Assembly: GCF_037042905.1 (NCBI RefSeq)
Contig: NC_087245.1
Coordinates: forward strand, 30,506,001-30,570,000
DNA from: Lytechinus pictus
Taxonomy: Eukaryota
Reading direction: 5' to 3'
Length of the DNA: 64,000 nt
Made by a program: the position numbers and the translations under genes. This document shows, one piece after another, positions 1 to 11,544 of this stretch. The notes beneath the pieces are model-generated. The model saw only the letters and a program-made list of their open reading frames with translations, did not search any database and was not told where the DNA came from. Each line of letters starts with the position of its first letter. Within the stretch, counting starts at the first letter, position 1.

Positions 1-470
1 CTTCACAACAGTTGCTGGACTGTAACAAATAAGTGATAAAGGGTATTAAAATTAACAAGTTTACATGAAAAGACATGAAAGAAAGGAAGAAGGTGAGAAA
101 TAATAAAAGAAAAGATGTGACAAATAAAAAAAACACACAACGAGAAATTGCAAGGGGGTGGATATACATGAAGGCTGACTCTGCAACATATCCAGTGAGA
201 CAAAAGGCATGAAAAATAGATTTTTTAAAAGGACATTATTCGGTTTAATACAGACTCTAAAAAATGAAATAAAATAGTATCTATAGATATATAGTGTAAC
301 TTAATCTACAACAAATCAAAATTAAGAAGATATATCCCTTAATTTCATGCTAGAGAGTATTTATGGAATTTTATACATCTACATGCAATGAGAATTAATA
401 AATCCAAAAATCCACACCAAATATTAAAAAATAAGAGCAATTCCATGTTTCTGTTTCTCGCTGATTCCAG

Positions 471-640
471 GAACTTTGCAGCATCTACAGAAGTTGGAGC
501 AGCAAGCCCAGGACCTGAGACATGGATCCAGAAGCAGGGCAAAGCAGGAGAGGATGTTGAGAGCCCTTCAGAAAGCTGTGCACCAGCTCCAGGAGAGGAG
601 GGACTTCCTCAAGGTCCAGATTGCAAACTCACCAATTAAG
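471..640 (+). CDS. CENPO: CENP-O internal exon (coiled coil)
   Basis: ttccag|GAACT acceptor, AAG|gtacc donor; TLQHLQKLEQQAQ...SPIK. Confidence 0.75.
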
Positions 641-3600
641 GTACCAATATACCCAGTCCTAAGCCGCAGAGAAGGATTTTCTCAAGAGACTGGATTTTTA
701 ATTCCAATTATAATTGCATACTATGGCCAAGTCAAAACGCTGTTCAAATGACAGTTCAAAGCATAATTGTTTTCCTATTATGACACCTGTTTGACCATAT
801 AGAAAAAAAAATCCTAAAATTTGATTTGATTAAATTTCACACTTTTACATTCAAGAAATGCTCATCTTTTTTCCATATTTTTTTTGAAAAAAAGAAAATG
901 AAGAATATTCCTGTTTATTAATAATCTTCTGTTTATTATAGCGTTTAACATCTTTCAAAATCAAGGTAATGACTCCGGCCTATTGCATACAGTCAAACCC
1001 GTTTTAGCGGTCACCTGTCTATTTTGAAAACCTGTCTCCCATTTGAAAAAAAAAAGATCATATTTTATAAAAGTTTTAGAACCTGTCTATAAGCAGGGTT
1101 CCCAGCCCATCAGGAAAAATTATTTTACTTTTTTTCCAGTCAGGGAAAAATGCCTCAAATGAGAGAAAAATCAGGAAATTTTGATCAGCCCAAAAGTCGA
1201 AAGCACGGTAGTCATTTTTTTAGACTCTGTTATATTTTGTTGCTTATCGAAACAACATTCATTGAATGACTGGTTATGGTGGTAGTTAGTTTTACATTAT
1301 TGTTTTTATACTGAAAAAGTGAAAATACATGTAATTCACTGCAAAAACTTAGAAAACATGCGAAACTGAGAATGGGTTTAAATAATTATCAGGGAATTTC
1401 TAAATTTCATCAGGAAAAAATCAGGGAATTTTGTTTTCTTGAAAAGCTGGGAACCCTGATAAAGGACATCTGTCTCCAGTTGTCTTCTTCCCCCCTCCCC
1501 CCTTGGGGGTGGCCTTAATAGATTAGTTTGACTGAGCATAGAGGCAAGGTTATTGCAGAAGGCATTTAAGATTTGGAAGATGAGCCACTACTCGTGTTTA
1601 CATTGGATGCCTTGATAGCAAGCAATCAGCTAAAAAAAAAGCCCAGTGAGGTCACTAAGTTGTTAAAGAATGCATGATATATTTGATAGCAGAAGTTATT
1701 TGAAATATTAAAACCCTTTGCCTCTCAGTTTATGCACTGGTACATGTAAATCAAAGGACTTCAAATGCAATGAAAATTTTGTTAGTTTCAATTTTTTTCT
1801 TAATACAGGTATTCATTGTCTAAAAAAAAATCATGGTTGGTTTTCAGTACCGGTATAATGTAAATATTTTTGGATAAGTTACATGTTAAATTTTTTAAGC
1901 TATGCTAATGGGACAGTTGAAGGAGTGTTGATGAACTTGATGTATAGATTTTTTTTTTATAACTAACACTCCTGTGATGATTTGTTTGTCATCAGACATT
2001 TTGTTTTAATCATTCGACATTCCTTTGAAAATCGTTACAAATTCTGTGCATATTGACTGGATTAAATAGAATACAATGCTTTATTTCATTGAACGATTAC
2101 TCATGAAAATCTAGATCAAACTTTTAGCAGTGATGGCGGGTATGGATCGTAATTTCATTGCAAGAGGTTGATTTTGCCTCTGTCCTCTCTTTGTACAGGT
2201 GCTGGGCCCTGTTTTGCAGAGCACAGATTCCGGTGATGAAGCCGTGATGAAGGCTGTCAAGGAAACATTGAAGACAACAGACAAAAAGACTCTCAAGGAT
2301 GCTGTAACTGAAGCCACAAAACTTAAACAGAGAGAGTTGTCTGTATCATATAGACTAACAGGTAAAAGAGAATTTAAAATGTTTTGTCTTCTTTAACATA
2401 CTTTTGTAGTAGTGGGGGTGGTATTATTTTAATGAATGAATTTTACAACAAAATAACCACAAATGATTTTCACTACCTGATATAAGTATATGTATGTAAA
2501 TACATGCTAAGTGAATGGAAATGCATTGAAATTACCGGTACATAAAAAAGAAAGTTCTCTGTAATCCCTGTTTAGAAGCAAAATTGTGAAATACAGGTAG
2601 CAGTTCGTGGACTTCTGTTGGGTTGCCATTTTGAGGTAGAGAAGGATGAGTAAAACGTCATCATCCGAAAGACATGACCCAGGGCTATAACCTCTACATC
2701 AGTTTGTAACTTCCCCTTTTTAGCTTGGATTACAGGTGCATGCCACAATGCCTTGTGAAGTTGAATTTGTGCTAGCTAGGCTTGTCCCCAAACCCACAAG
2801 TATGATACATTTCAGTCAGGGTCTGTACCTGCAGACTAGCTACAACACACATTCACAATCCCAATTTTTTTCTTGCATTCTAAAAATTCAGGCCATGATG
2901 TTTTCCACAGAACAGGAGTTTACATCTGCATTGTGATTAATATGTATTTGTTTCCATCCAGGCTGCACTGTCCACAAAACAGATGGAAATAGGGTGCGGG
3001 TACGATGGGACACCTTCGACCATGGACAGTACTTTCAACCATACTACGCAGTCATATCCATCAACGCTTCAAAGAATCTCCACCTTGTCAAGCATAACCT
3101 ACCCTACTTTCTACCCATCAAAGACTTTGAGAAAGACTATCTCAACACAAATATGCAGGCCTTCATACAGGTGGTCAGCGACAGCCTAAATGCACTTGTT
3201 TCAAGAAGACATCAAGTAGAAGAAGCAAAAGTGAGTGCTTGTACAGGTTTAAAGGACAATAGCCAAGTATGAAATAGGGGTCCCATCGGAGAACACTTTT
3301 TTAACCAACTCTTTTGTGTTGCCTGAAGTGTCTAGATGATGACCTCTTATGTTTCGGGTCCATGGGGTTCAAAATTGGCAATTTTTTGGCTGCCATCTTG
3401 AAATTTTCATTAAGAACAATAATTTTCATACTCAGTGAGTAGGTTGAACAAACACTTATGAAATCTTTATTTTCACAAGTTTCCATGGAATTGGAAAGCA
3501 TGAGTACATTTTTGCTGGTATTTCCTTGCAATATGAGGGGGTGGGGGGAACATGTTCAAATGGATGAGCCTTAGTTTTTGCTTTAGATATGGCCCCTCTC

Positions 3601-6023
3601 ACAAGCCCAGCTCTAGGTCCTAAAAAACATTCATGTTATCATTAATAATAGTAATAGTTACATTTATATAGCACTTTATACATTGGTTTCTAAATGCTTT
3701 ACTTTGTAATTATTATTACCCTGTCATGGGATCCATCCACTGTTCCACACATCATGTGCACCATCTCCACTCCCTGGTGAGTATCCTGGCCAGGCAACCG
3801 TTTATCGGTGCACACATGCCAATCTAATCGCATTGACTTTCACATCCTACCGGGTACTCGTTTAACACCAGGGTGGAGGGTGACAAACATGGATATTAAA
3901 GTGCCTTGCCAAAGGTTGGATTCGAACCCTCGACCCTTGATTTAAGAGTTAAGTGACTGAAATTTCCGTTTTAACAGTGATCCATGTGCATGAAATCCAT
4001 TTGCTTCTGAATAACTCCATTCATTCATCCATTCATCTTGCATTATTTTTCAGGAGAAGTGCAAGAAATTGATCCCAGGAGAGATGACTTCAAGCAATGC
4101 CTTCAACAACATCGGAATGACCTTATCAAACTCGAGACAGGCATTTTGTGATGTTCAACTTATCTATGATGACCTCAAAGGAAATAGACCCACCAGTGTA
4201 ACAGTTCATTCAAATGGTGAGTTTCAACGGGGCCGACTGTTATCACCTTTCATTGGAAATAGACTTTATGACACTAGACTCTGTGAAAAGCAATGGAAAT
4301 CCCGTAACATATATATGTGATCAGCCACCCCTAAACCAACAATAGGTTGCCATGGAAGGTTCTCTGTAAATAGCCAAAGTAGTAAATTGGTCTTCAAAAG
4401 TAAGAATTGAATAAGATAGTTTATCTGAAAAGGCAATTCCTCTTTTTATACGCCCGTTGTACGGGACGTATTATGGTATCGCGCTCGGTGTCCGTCCTCC
4501 CGTCCGTTAACTTTTGCTTGTAAACGCGATAACTTCAGTTTAACTTAACGGTCACCAAATTATATGAGCTTAGGTTAAGTTAACCTAAGCTCATATAATT
4601 TGGTGTGTATATACTAGCATGGATCCCAGGAAGCCTTTTGATTTTGAGGTCAAAAGTCAAGGTCACAATGACATGCTTTCATCTTACCCTTCCGCAGTCC
4701 GTGTAAACGCGATAATATCAGTTTAACTTAATCTAGGGTCATATAATTTGGTGTGTATGATACTAACATGGATCCCAGGAAGCCTAATAATTTTGCGGTC
4801 AAAAGGTCAAGGTCACACTGACATGTTTCATACCCTTCTTCACTCCTTGTAAACGTGATATCTTCAGTTTAATTTAACCTAGGCTCATATAATTTGGTGT
4901 GTATAATACTAGGATGAATCCCAGGAAACTTATCGATTTTTAGGTCAAAAGGTCAAAGGTTAAGGTCACAGTGATATATTTTCATCTTACCCTTGTGCAG
5001 TCCTTGTAAACGCATTAACTTCAGTTCAATTTAACATAGGCTCATATAATTTGGTGTGTATGTTACTAGCATGGATCCCTGGAAGCCAGCGATTTTGAGG
5101 TCAAAATGTCAAAGGTCAAGGTTACAGTGACATGTTTTCATCTTACCCTTCTGCAGTCCTTGTAAGCGCGATAACTTCAGTTTAACTTATTCTAGGCTCA
5201 TATAATTTGGTGCGTATGATACTAGCATAGATCCCAGGAATTCTTTTGATTTTGAGGTCAGCAGGTCAAAGATGAAGTCGCCACCTTCCACTTTTCTTGC
5301 TTGACCAATAACTCAAATTTTCGTGTTACAGGTGGGTGTATCATGTGCTCTCCTTAGCGACACTCTTGTCTTTAGTTGAATAAAAGATGGGATACAAGAG
5401 TTTCTTTGACCTCATTTGTTTTTCCCTACTGCTTTAAGTTTCATAGTCCTTGCACAGTGTGCACATCTCATGCTTCAGTGATTCTGTCCTTCAAACTCTG
5501 TTTTCTCCTTATTCTTTGGATCTCTCATTGAATTCCGTCTATTTTCAATTGACTACTTGTGTAGGTTATATTTTTATCAATTTTGACAAGTTATATATCA
5601 TTTTAAAGCTTTTGGTGTGCTTTTTCAAGAAGAAAAAAAAATCACTTTAGGTGACCTATTGGTGTGGGGTGGCAGGTCACAAAATGTGAGGTTGTTACTA
5701 GTATGTACCATCAAAGTGGATCACAAGCATTCCGTTGCTGGATTCAGTGAATTTCGTGCCAGGAATCGGGAGATAATGATTTGATCTGATGAGGAGAGTA
5801 GAATAATATACATGATATTTTTCATAATACTTACTGCTTGTAAGACTCAACTCCACTCGGTGCAATCCTGGGAAATAATCAAATCCATTATTCATGGTTT
5901 CTATCATTTGCTTTTGTTTCTCCCCATGCAGGAGAACTATCCAAAGCAAAAATCAGGAGCATCAAAGAACTCTTCACTGAACACCGGATTGCAGAAGCCA
6001 TACTGCAGGCCCTATTTTCATGA
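471..6023 (+). CDS. CENPO: Centromere protein O (3' part; 5' exon(s) not identified in window)
   Basis: Five GT-AG exons with matching phases: 471-640, 2199-2361, 2962-3230, 4054-4216, 5932-6023 (TGA 6021-6023). The joined peptide SYRLTGCTV..VRVRWDTFDHGQYFQPYY..LVKHNLPYFLPIKDFEKDYLNTNMQAFIQVVSDSLNALVSRRHQV resembles the CENP-O RWD region (YxLTG...H.vP.FiP....L......F......LNA...R..Q) after an N-terminal coiled coil. Confidence 0.85.
990..1534. mobile_element. Tc1/mariner-type MITE, interrupted by a CAGGG-ended element
   Basis: ta|CAGTCAAAC ... GTTTGACTG termini. Confidence 0.55.
1094..1458. mobile_element. Non-autonomous CAGGG-ended DNA transposon (hAT-like, about 5-bp TSD)
   Basis: TIR CAGGGTTCCCAGC / GCTGGGAACCCTG; flanks ATAAG / ATAAA. 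Confidence 0.6.
2199..2361 (+). CDS. CENPO: CENP-O exon
   Basis: tacag|GTG ... ACAG|gtaaaa; ends SYRLTG. Confidence 0.8.
2962..3230 (+). CDS. CENPO: CENP-O exon (RWD-like core)
   Basis: tccag|GC ... AAA|gtgagt; KHNLPYFLPI motif. Confidence 0.85.
3655..3960 (-). mobile_element. tRNA-derived SINE fragment
   Basis: Minus-strand B-box-like GGTTCGAATCC (plus strand ggattcgaacc, about 3918-3928) and AT-rich tail; similar relic at about 61800-62075. Confidence 0.4.
4054..4216 (+). CDS. CENPO: CENP-O exon
   Basis: ttttcag|GAG ... AATG|gtgagt; LIYDDLKGNRPTSV. Confidence 0.8.
4443..5369 (+). mobile_element. Helentron/DINE-like (HINE) non-autonomous element with internal tandem array of about 150 bp
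   Basis: T-rich start, short inverted repeat TACGCCCGT..ACGGGACGTA, (GTCC)-like microsatellite, five units of about 146-183 bp rich in AGGTCA, 3' GGTGGGTGTA..GCGACACTCTTG end. Confidence 0.6.
5932..6023 (+). CDS. CENPO: CENP-O last coding exon
   Basis: atgcag|GA phase 1, ELSKAKIRSIKELFTEHRIAEAILQALFS*; AATAAA at 6049 and 6243. Confidence 0.75.
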
Positions 6024-6831
6024 GAACATTTCCCAAATGCCAGATGCAAATAAAGTTCCGGTCACAAACTATGGGGGAGTCGGCTTTGTCATCATGAAGA
6101 GAAGTTGTCAGTTTGTGTTTGTGATGGCGCTGGTAGAAATGATAACATGGCTTGCACTATGCTAATCCTATTGCACGCCTAAAATCTTATATGATGCAAA
6201 TACTGAAGGATTGAACACTGTATATTCAAGAGCCTTATCAGTAATAAAATCCCATCGGGTGATTGAGCTGGTAGACAAGTATGATTATTGATTTTTCTTT
6301 CTCGCCTTCATGCCAGAGACGAGACCTAAGCTCTACTTTTTCCGACGGCGATGGTGTCAATGCTGAAATGTTAACCAATGCCAAGTTTTTGAAACGTCAT
6401 AAAGAAAGTATGTAGACATATTCATGAAACTTGGACATACTGGTAATTGCACAAAAATGTACATGAGATATCCCCCTGCACATATCCGTTGTACATCTAA
6501 CGTATGCCAAACCTATTCTTAGACATCATCAATTAATTTCTATGAGCACACCTGATCTTGATGTGCATTATTTTTTGTATTAAATATATATTTGTTTAAT
6601 CATGGATAGATGCATCTTATTTAGTATGCTATGATTTGGTTTTACTTGGTAAACTTTGATATTTGACAAGGGGGTGTGTTTTACAAAGATTTAAAGAGTT
6701 GGACTTAAATTTCAGCTGTATACGGTATGTAACGCATCACTGCATTGGTCAGATCATGCACAACAGCTGCATCCATCAATCGTATTACACATTGAATAAC
6801 ATGCGTGCGTTGCCGTTTAAGCATAACTCGT

Positions 6832-7601
6832 TTAACCCTATCTAGGCCGGGGGGGGGGGGGCCTCGGAGGCCCCCCCTCAACGATTCGCGCAATATTTTC
6901 GCCGGGCAAAATTTGTTGACCGCGCCGCTCGCTGACTTTTTACTTTCAAGTCTTGCGCAACTTTTGAGACCAATTTTGCGTCACCTGGGTACGTGGTTCC
7001 GAAATTATGCAACATTATGTAAGTGCATGTCAGACCAAAAATTGCTCAAAAACGTGATTTTGTGTACAAAGTCAATGCAAATTGTGTTTTCAACCAAAAA
7101 TCATAAATGTATGATTATTTTTAGTTTTGCTGGTCTAAATGTATTTATTTTATGCTTTTTATGATCTCAGAAGAGTCCTCAACAATTTTCATTGAAAAAA
7201 CAATGAAAAACAAAAGGTCAAAAAACAAAGAAATACATAAGAAATTGCAAAAAACAATATAATACATAAGAAAATGATTTGATATCACAATTTTGTTCAT
7301 GTGTACTTGCTAGTAACACCACAAAGAGTTTCTATACCAAAAATTAGAACATTTAGAGCTTTATTTAGGGAGTTAGAGGAAAAAGTATGATTTTGCATAC
7401 TAATTACGCATAAATTAGTATAATCACTTAATAGCAATTCGTATGAAATAAATTAGTATGCAATTTTGTAGATCATGTCCCAGACAACCCGCGTGCCAAT
7501 TTTCGGCGCAGTCGACGGCCGAGATCTCAAGGGGGTACCTGGGAGGCCCCCCCCCCCCGGCCATATGAACTCCAAAAATACCCCGGCCTAGGTAGGAATA
7601 A
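6832..7601. mobile_element. piggyBac-like non-autonomous element
   Basis: TTAA-CCCTATCTAGGCCGGGG at left, CCCCGGCCTAGGTAGG-AATAA at right (degenerate TIR and TTAA). Confidence 0.55.
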
Positions 7602-7740
7602 GTCACGCTACTTAAATCCTTGTGAAGCACCTATCGGGAAACTGACACCTTTTTAATGTTACTGGAAAAAGAATTCTTTCTTTCTGGGAATCAATTTCAC
7701 CACAATTGAGTGCCAGAATATCTACATACATAATTATTAA

Positions 7741-8334
7741 AGGGGAATCCAGCCTTGGCCATAAAATGTTGTGTTGGGAAGGAGAAAAATAAATTAAACA
7801 GAATGGTGAAAGATTTAAAAAAATCGGACAAGCAATAAGAAAGTTATAGCTGCTTTGAAATTGAGATCACTAATTCTATGTAGATTTTAAATTGGCAAGT
7901 AGGTAAGTTAATTATGACAAGGGGCAAGGACAACTTTCCCATAGGCCATGTACTTTATTATTAGGGATTTTTGGTTTTCTCCTAAGTACCCATTCCCCTG
8001 GGGAAGTAATCTAAATACAACCCGGGTAGTATATTGTTTTATGTCCTCATGAAAGAAAAATATAATTTGAAATAAAACTTTTGGGAAAAATGACATTTTA
8101 GCCAAAATATGTATAGGAGTACATGGAAGAGTAGTCCTTGCCTTACATCACTATGACACCCCATATGCGGCCAATTTGAAGTCTCCATGGGTATAGTGAT
8201 TACCAATATTTACAACTTTTAGAAATTCACAACTTTTTTTTTGTTTGTCCAATATTGTTCAAACTTTCACCTATCAACTTGTCGGATTTTCTTTTCCTTA
8301 TAAAAACAAGTTTTTATTTGGGTTGGATTCCCCT
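7741..8334. mobile_element. Kolobok-like MITE, copy 1
   Basis: TTAA|AGGGGAATCCA ... TGGATTCCCCT|TTAT; highly similar copy at 37126-37720. Confidence 0.7.
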
Positions 8335-9036
8335 TTATTAATAGAGAATGATGTATTGATAACACATGATGAACATTATGCAGCTTCACGCATGCAATCC
8401 TTGCTGTAACAAGTGTAAAACTTTATGGCCTCTTAATCATCAAGGGCACAATTATTGATGGTAATTGTGTCCATTGTTCTTTATATTTGTATAAAATGTA
8501 AAGTAAACATATATCCTGCCATGTGCATAAAATATAAATATCCTGCATTGCAATTGTCCTTGTGTATTTCTGTTGATTTCTGGTGTGAATTTTATGAAAA
8601 AAAGAGAACTTGATATATTTGTAATTTTCAAGTGTTGTAGTTGTTGATATTTTAATCTATATTTGCTTATTTATGATCAATGTATCATGATAATATTACA
8701 ATTAAAATGAACATGCATCATTTGTAGCAAATGATATTATGGTTATCACCTTTGCTATTTTCATCATCCTGTAGCCATTTTTCGTCGCATTGATATTTGT
8801 CATTCACGGGCAGTGGCGTAAAAAACCTTCCAATTACTTATCGTTATACCGGTAGAGAGCCTGAATGATCAAAGAACCGCGACAGTGGGATAATTATAAC
8901 ACATAAAAAACACACACAAAATAATGATGTGCCGATCTCCGCAGAAGGAGAAGAAAGAAAGAATACACACACACACACTTATATATATATATATATATAT
9001 ATAAATAATTTATTGGTTGGATTGCTTAACTAAGCT

Positions 9037-9076
9037 AGTCGTACAGACTGTTTCACCCTAAGGCTCATCAGCGACT
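9037..9076 (-). ncRNA. Minimal type I hammerhead ribozyme
   Basis: Minus strand AGUCG-CUGAUGA-GCC UUAG GGU-GAAA-CAG U CUG-UA-CGACU: stems I, II and III pair and the core is complete. Confidence 0.85.
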
Positions 9077-9255
9077 GATTAGTATGAAGAACACAATTTT
9101 GGGACAGAATAAAGTATACAGAGCATGTGCATTAGGGTATAACATTGGGTTGACAGAGATGAAAGGGGTTACTGAAGGGGTACATGTGTATTGTTTATTA
9201 CATCAGGGGTACTTAGGGGTCATTACTACATGTGAGGGGGGGGGGGCTGGTGGGG

Positions 9256-10176
9256 CTATCCATATCCAGCAAGGAGGAACTTTTTCTTATGTCTACAGGT
9301 AGATATGAGTTCAGTTCGAGAGTTCAAATTGTTGTTTCTGTTTGCTGTGATGATGAAGTATTTCTCCCATAGGCAGAGGTTGCAGCGTTTTGTGAGTGGA
9401 GAGTAGGGTTGTGCATGGCGTACGATTCTCCAGGTTATCTTGTGGGGTGTGCCCTCATCTTTCAGTTTCCAGATATGCTTACTGAGCTCGGTGCTGTGCC
9501 TCTTCTCTTTATCTTTAAATGACGCTTTGTGAGATGCATGTCTGGTTTTGAATGTGGTGGCGGTCAGTCCGATGTAGGATTTTTCGTCGTGGGGGGTGGT
9601 AACTTTGGCTTCGTAGATCACGTTTTTTGTTGCGCATTTTCCTGGTAGAGGGCAGTCTTCTGTTTTCCGGCAGTTGCACTTTTCGGTTTCTCGGCTTTTT
9701 TCTGTTGTCGATACTTTGTTGTTGTGTGCCTTTATGGATTTGCCCATGTTATCCATGCAGCTGTAGCTTATCTTTAGGGTGTTTCTGTTGCAGATTTTAT
9801 GGAGTTCATGTTCCTTGGGGAAGTGTTGGTCCACCAGGGCCAGAAATCTTTTCCCGATGTTTGTGTTGACATTTTGGCTATATGGCGGGTTGAACCAGGT
9901 TATCGTCCTTTTCCTTTTCTGTTGGCTTGGCCTTGTATCCGTGTTGTTCTTGGGGTTGTAGGTGAGGGTAGCATTGTGGCCTGCTTCGTTCAGGGCTTTT
10001 TCGTATTCCGGTTTGGCATTGTTGAATATTTCCTCGCTGCTTGAGATGTTGGATAGTCGGGTTTCTATGGATTTGGGTATTCTTTTGGTGATGCTGGGTG
10101 GGTGGTTGGATTCAACATGAACGTACGTAGGGGTGTTTCCTGGTTTGGCGTATGGCTTGTATTCCATCTTGGTCAA
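9256..10176 (-). CDS. Penelope-like RT C-terminus and GIY-YIG endonuclease (open fragment, no true start)
   Basis: 306-aa uninterrupted frame with GIY-YIG motifs; RT catalytic core absent. Confidence 0.85.
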   Translation of the reverse strand: MTKMEYKPYAKPGNTPTYVHVESNHPPSITKRIPKSIETRLSNISSSEEIFNNAKPEYEKALNEAGHNATLTYNPKNNTDTRPSQQKRKRTITWFNPPYSQNVNTNIGKRFLALVDQHFPKEHELHKICNRNTLKISYSCMDNMGKSIKAHNNKVSTTEKSRETEKCNCRKTEDCPLPGKCATKNVIYEAKVTTPHDEKSYIGLTATTFKTRHASHKASFKDKEKRHSTELSKHIWKLKDEGTPHKITWRIVRHAQPYSPLTKRCNLCLWEKYFIITANRNNNLNSRTELISTCRHKKKFLLAGYG

Positions 10177-10882
10177 AGGGTTTTGCGAACCATACTTGTT
10201 TTTCTAGAAAGAGTTAGGCGAATAACATAAAAATATATTGATCATATATATATACATGTATATAATTAGAATTACAATTTCAGAATTTTGAGTGAAAAAC
10301 CTTCCCTTAAAATTCATAATATAATTATGGATTTAGTCCCTTCTTCATAAAAACTAATTTCAAGTTGTTGCTATGTCAGGCAAAGCTTCTTCATGTAACT
10401 AGTGTAATGTAACAATTTCAACATCTAGACCGATAATAGGAAGGCTAGGGGAATTGAAAAGTACTGTTATGTCCATGCTAAACCTTTTGTTCAGCTCTTA
10501 CCCCTCTTGAATTTTCATGCAAAAGGGACTAAATCCAAATATATATATAAAGATGATTAATTTAAATGAAAGACATTTGAAGGATTTGTTTAACTGTCAT
10601 TTTTATAACCTATTTAGAAAGAAAACTTCCTGAATGGAAACAAACTTGGGTGAAAAAAAAAATGATTTATGAAGATTGAGCAAAGGTGTTTCGGGTTTAG
10701 TCCGTTTGCATGAAAACATGAATTTCACATCAATTTTTAATAAACATCTTCAAACTTTTTTGATGCACATGGTGAATGTCTATCTGAACATGCAAAAAAT
10801 GCCAAATGGTGAAAAATTTATTATACATTACTAGTATATGTGTATATATATATATACATATGTATGTATGTTTATATATATA

Positions 10883-10913
<31 letters not shown>

Positions 10914-11544
10914 TCCCCTATATATATATATGTATATTGAGGGTAGCAGTGATTACAAAATGTGCTTAACAAAGTTTTCCACTTTTATGTCAACATAATT
11001 ATCACAAAATAATTTCAGATCGCGCTTAATTAATTTGCAGTGGTATTTATGAAGGTTCAACAAACTTTCCCATTTTAGATGATAATATCCAAAAAATAAA
11101 TTGCGTTTCATGCTCGCATGAATTATTTTTGTTTGATTATGTGTTTTTACAGTTTTAAGAATAATAAAAAACTTCCAATTACATAGAGCCTGGATTTTTT
11201 TTTTGTAATAGTAATTATTAAAATCATTCAGTTCAAAATCATACAAGTAATAGTATATCAACAAAACACTGTTCACAAAGTCAAATAATCATTCATTATA
11301 TAATTACAAAAAATACAGAATCATCTAGAACAAGGCAAATACTTAGTCTGAAGAAAAAAATATAGATATAACAAAAATGAATTTATAGCGACGCAATCGC
11401 AACCATGATCTAACTTGCGCACCTGAATCTTCACTCCAAATGCAAGCCACTCCGGCCCCCAATCACACCCCTCCCAGAGCGAGACAAGGGACTATAGTCC
11501 TTCCAGAAGCGGGACCCAAATATCCACCGAGAGTGCACCATAGC

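Larger units (their letters stand above)
9003..10176 (-). mobile_element. 5'-truncated Penelope-like retroelement (RT thumb, GIY-YIG endonuclease, 3' region)
   Basis: ORF 9256-10176: PTYVHVESNHPP, WFNPPYS, CNCR..CPL.G.C, VIYEA..YIGLT..FKTRH..H, CNLCLWEK; ends at a (CA)n(TA)n microsatellite. Confidence 0.9.

Noticed and set aside
5812..6165. 117-aa ORF as a separate gene
   Set aside because: It overlaps the CENP-O last exon and 3' UTR in another frame and has no recognisable motif.
9256..10176. Autonomous Penelope element or host endonuclease gene
   Set aside because: No RT catalytic core and no ATG; it is a 5'-truncated retrocopy.
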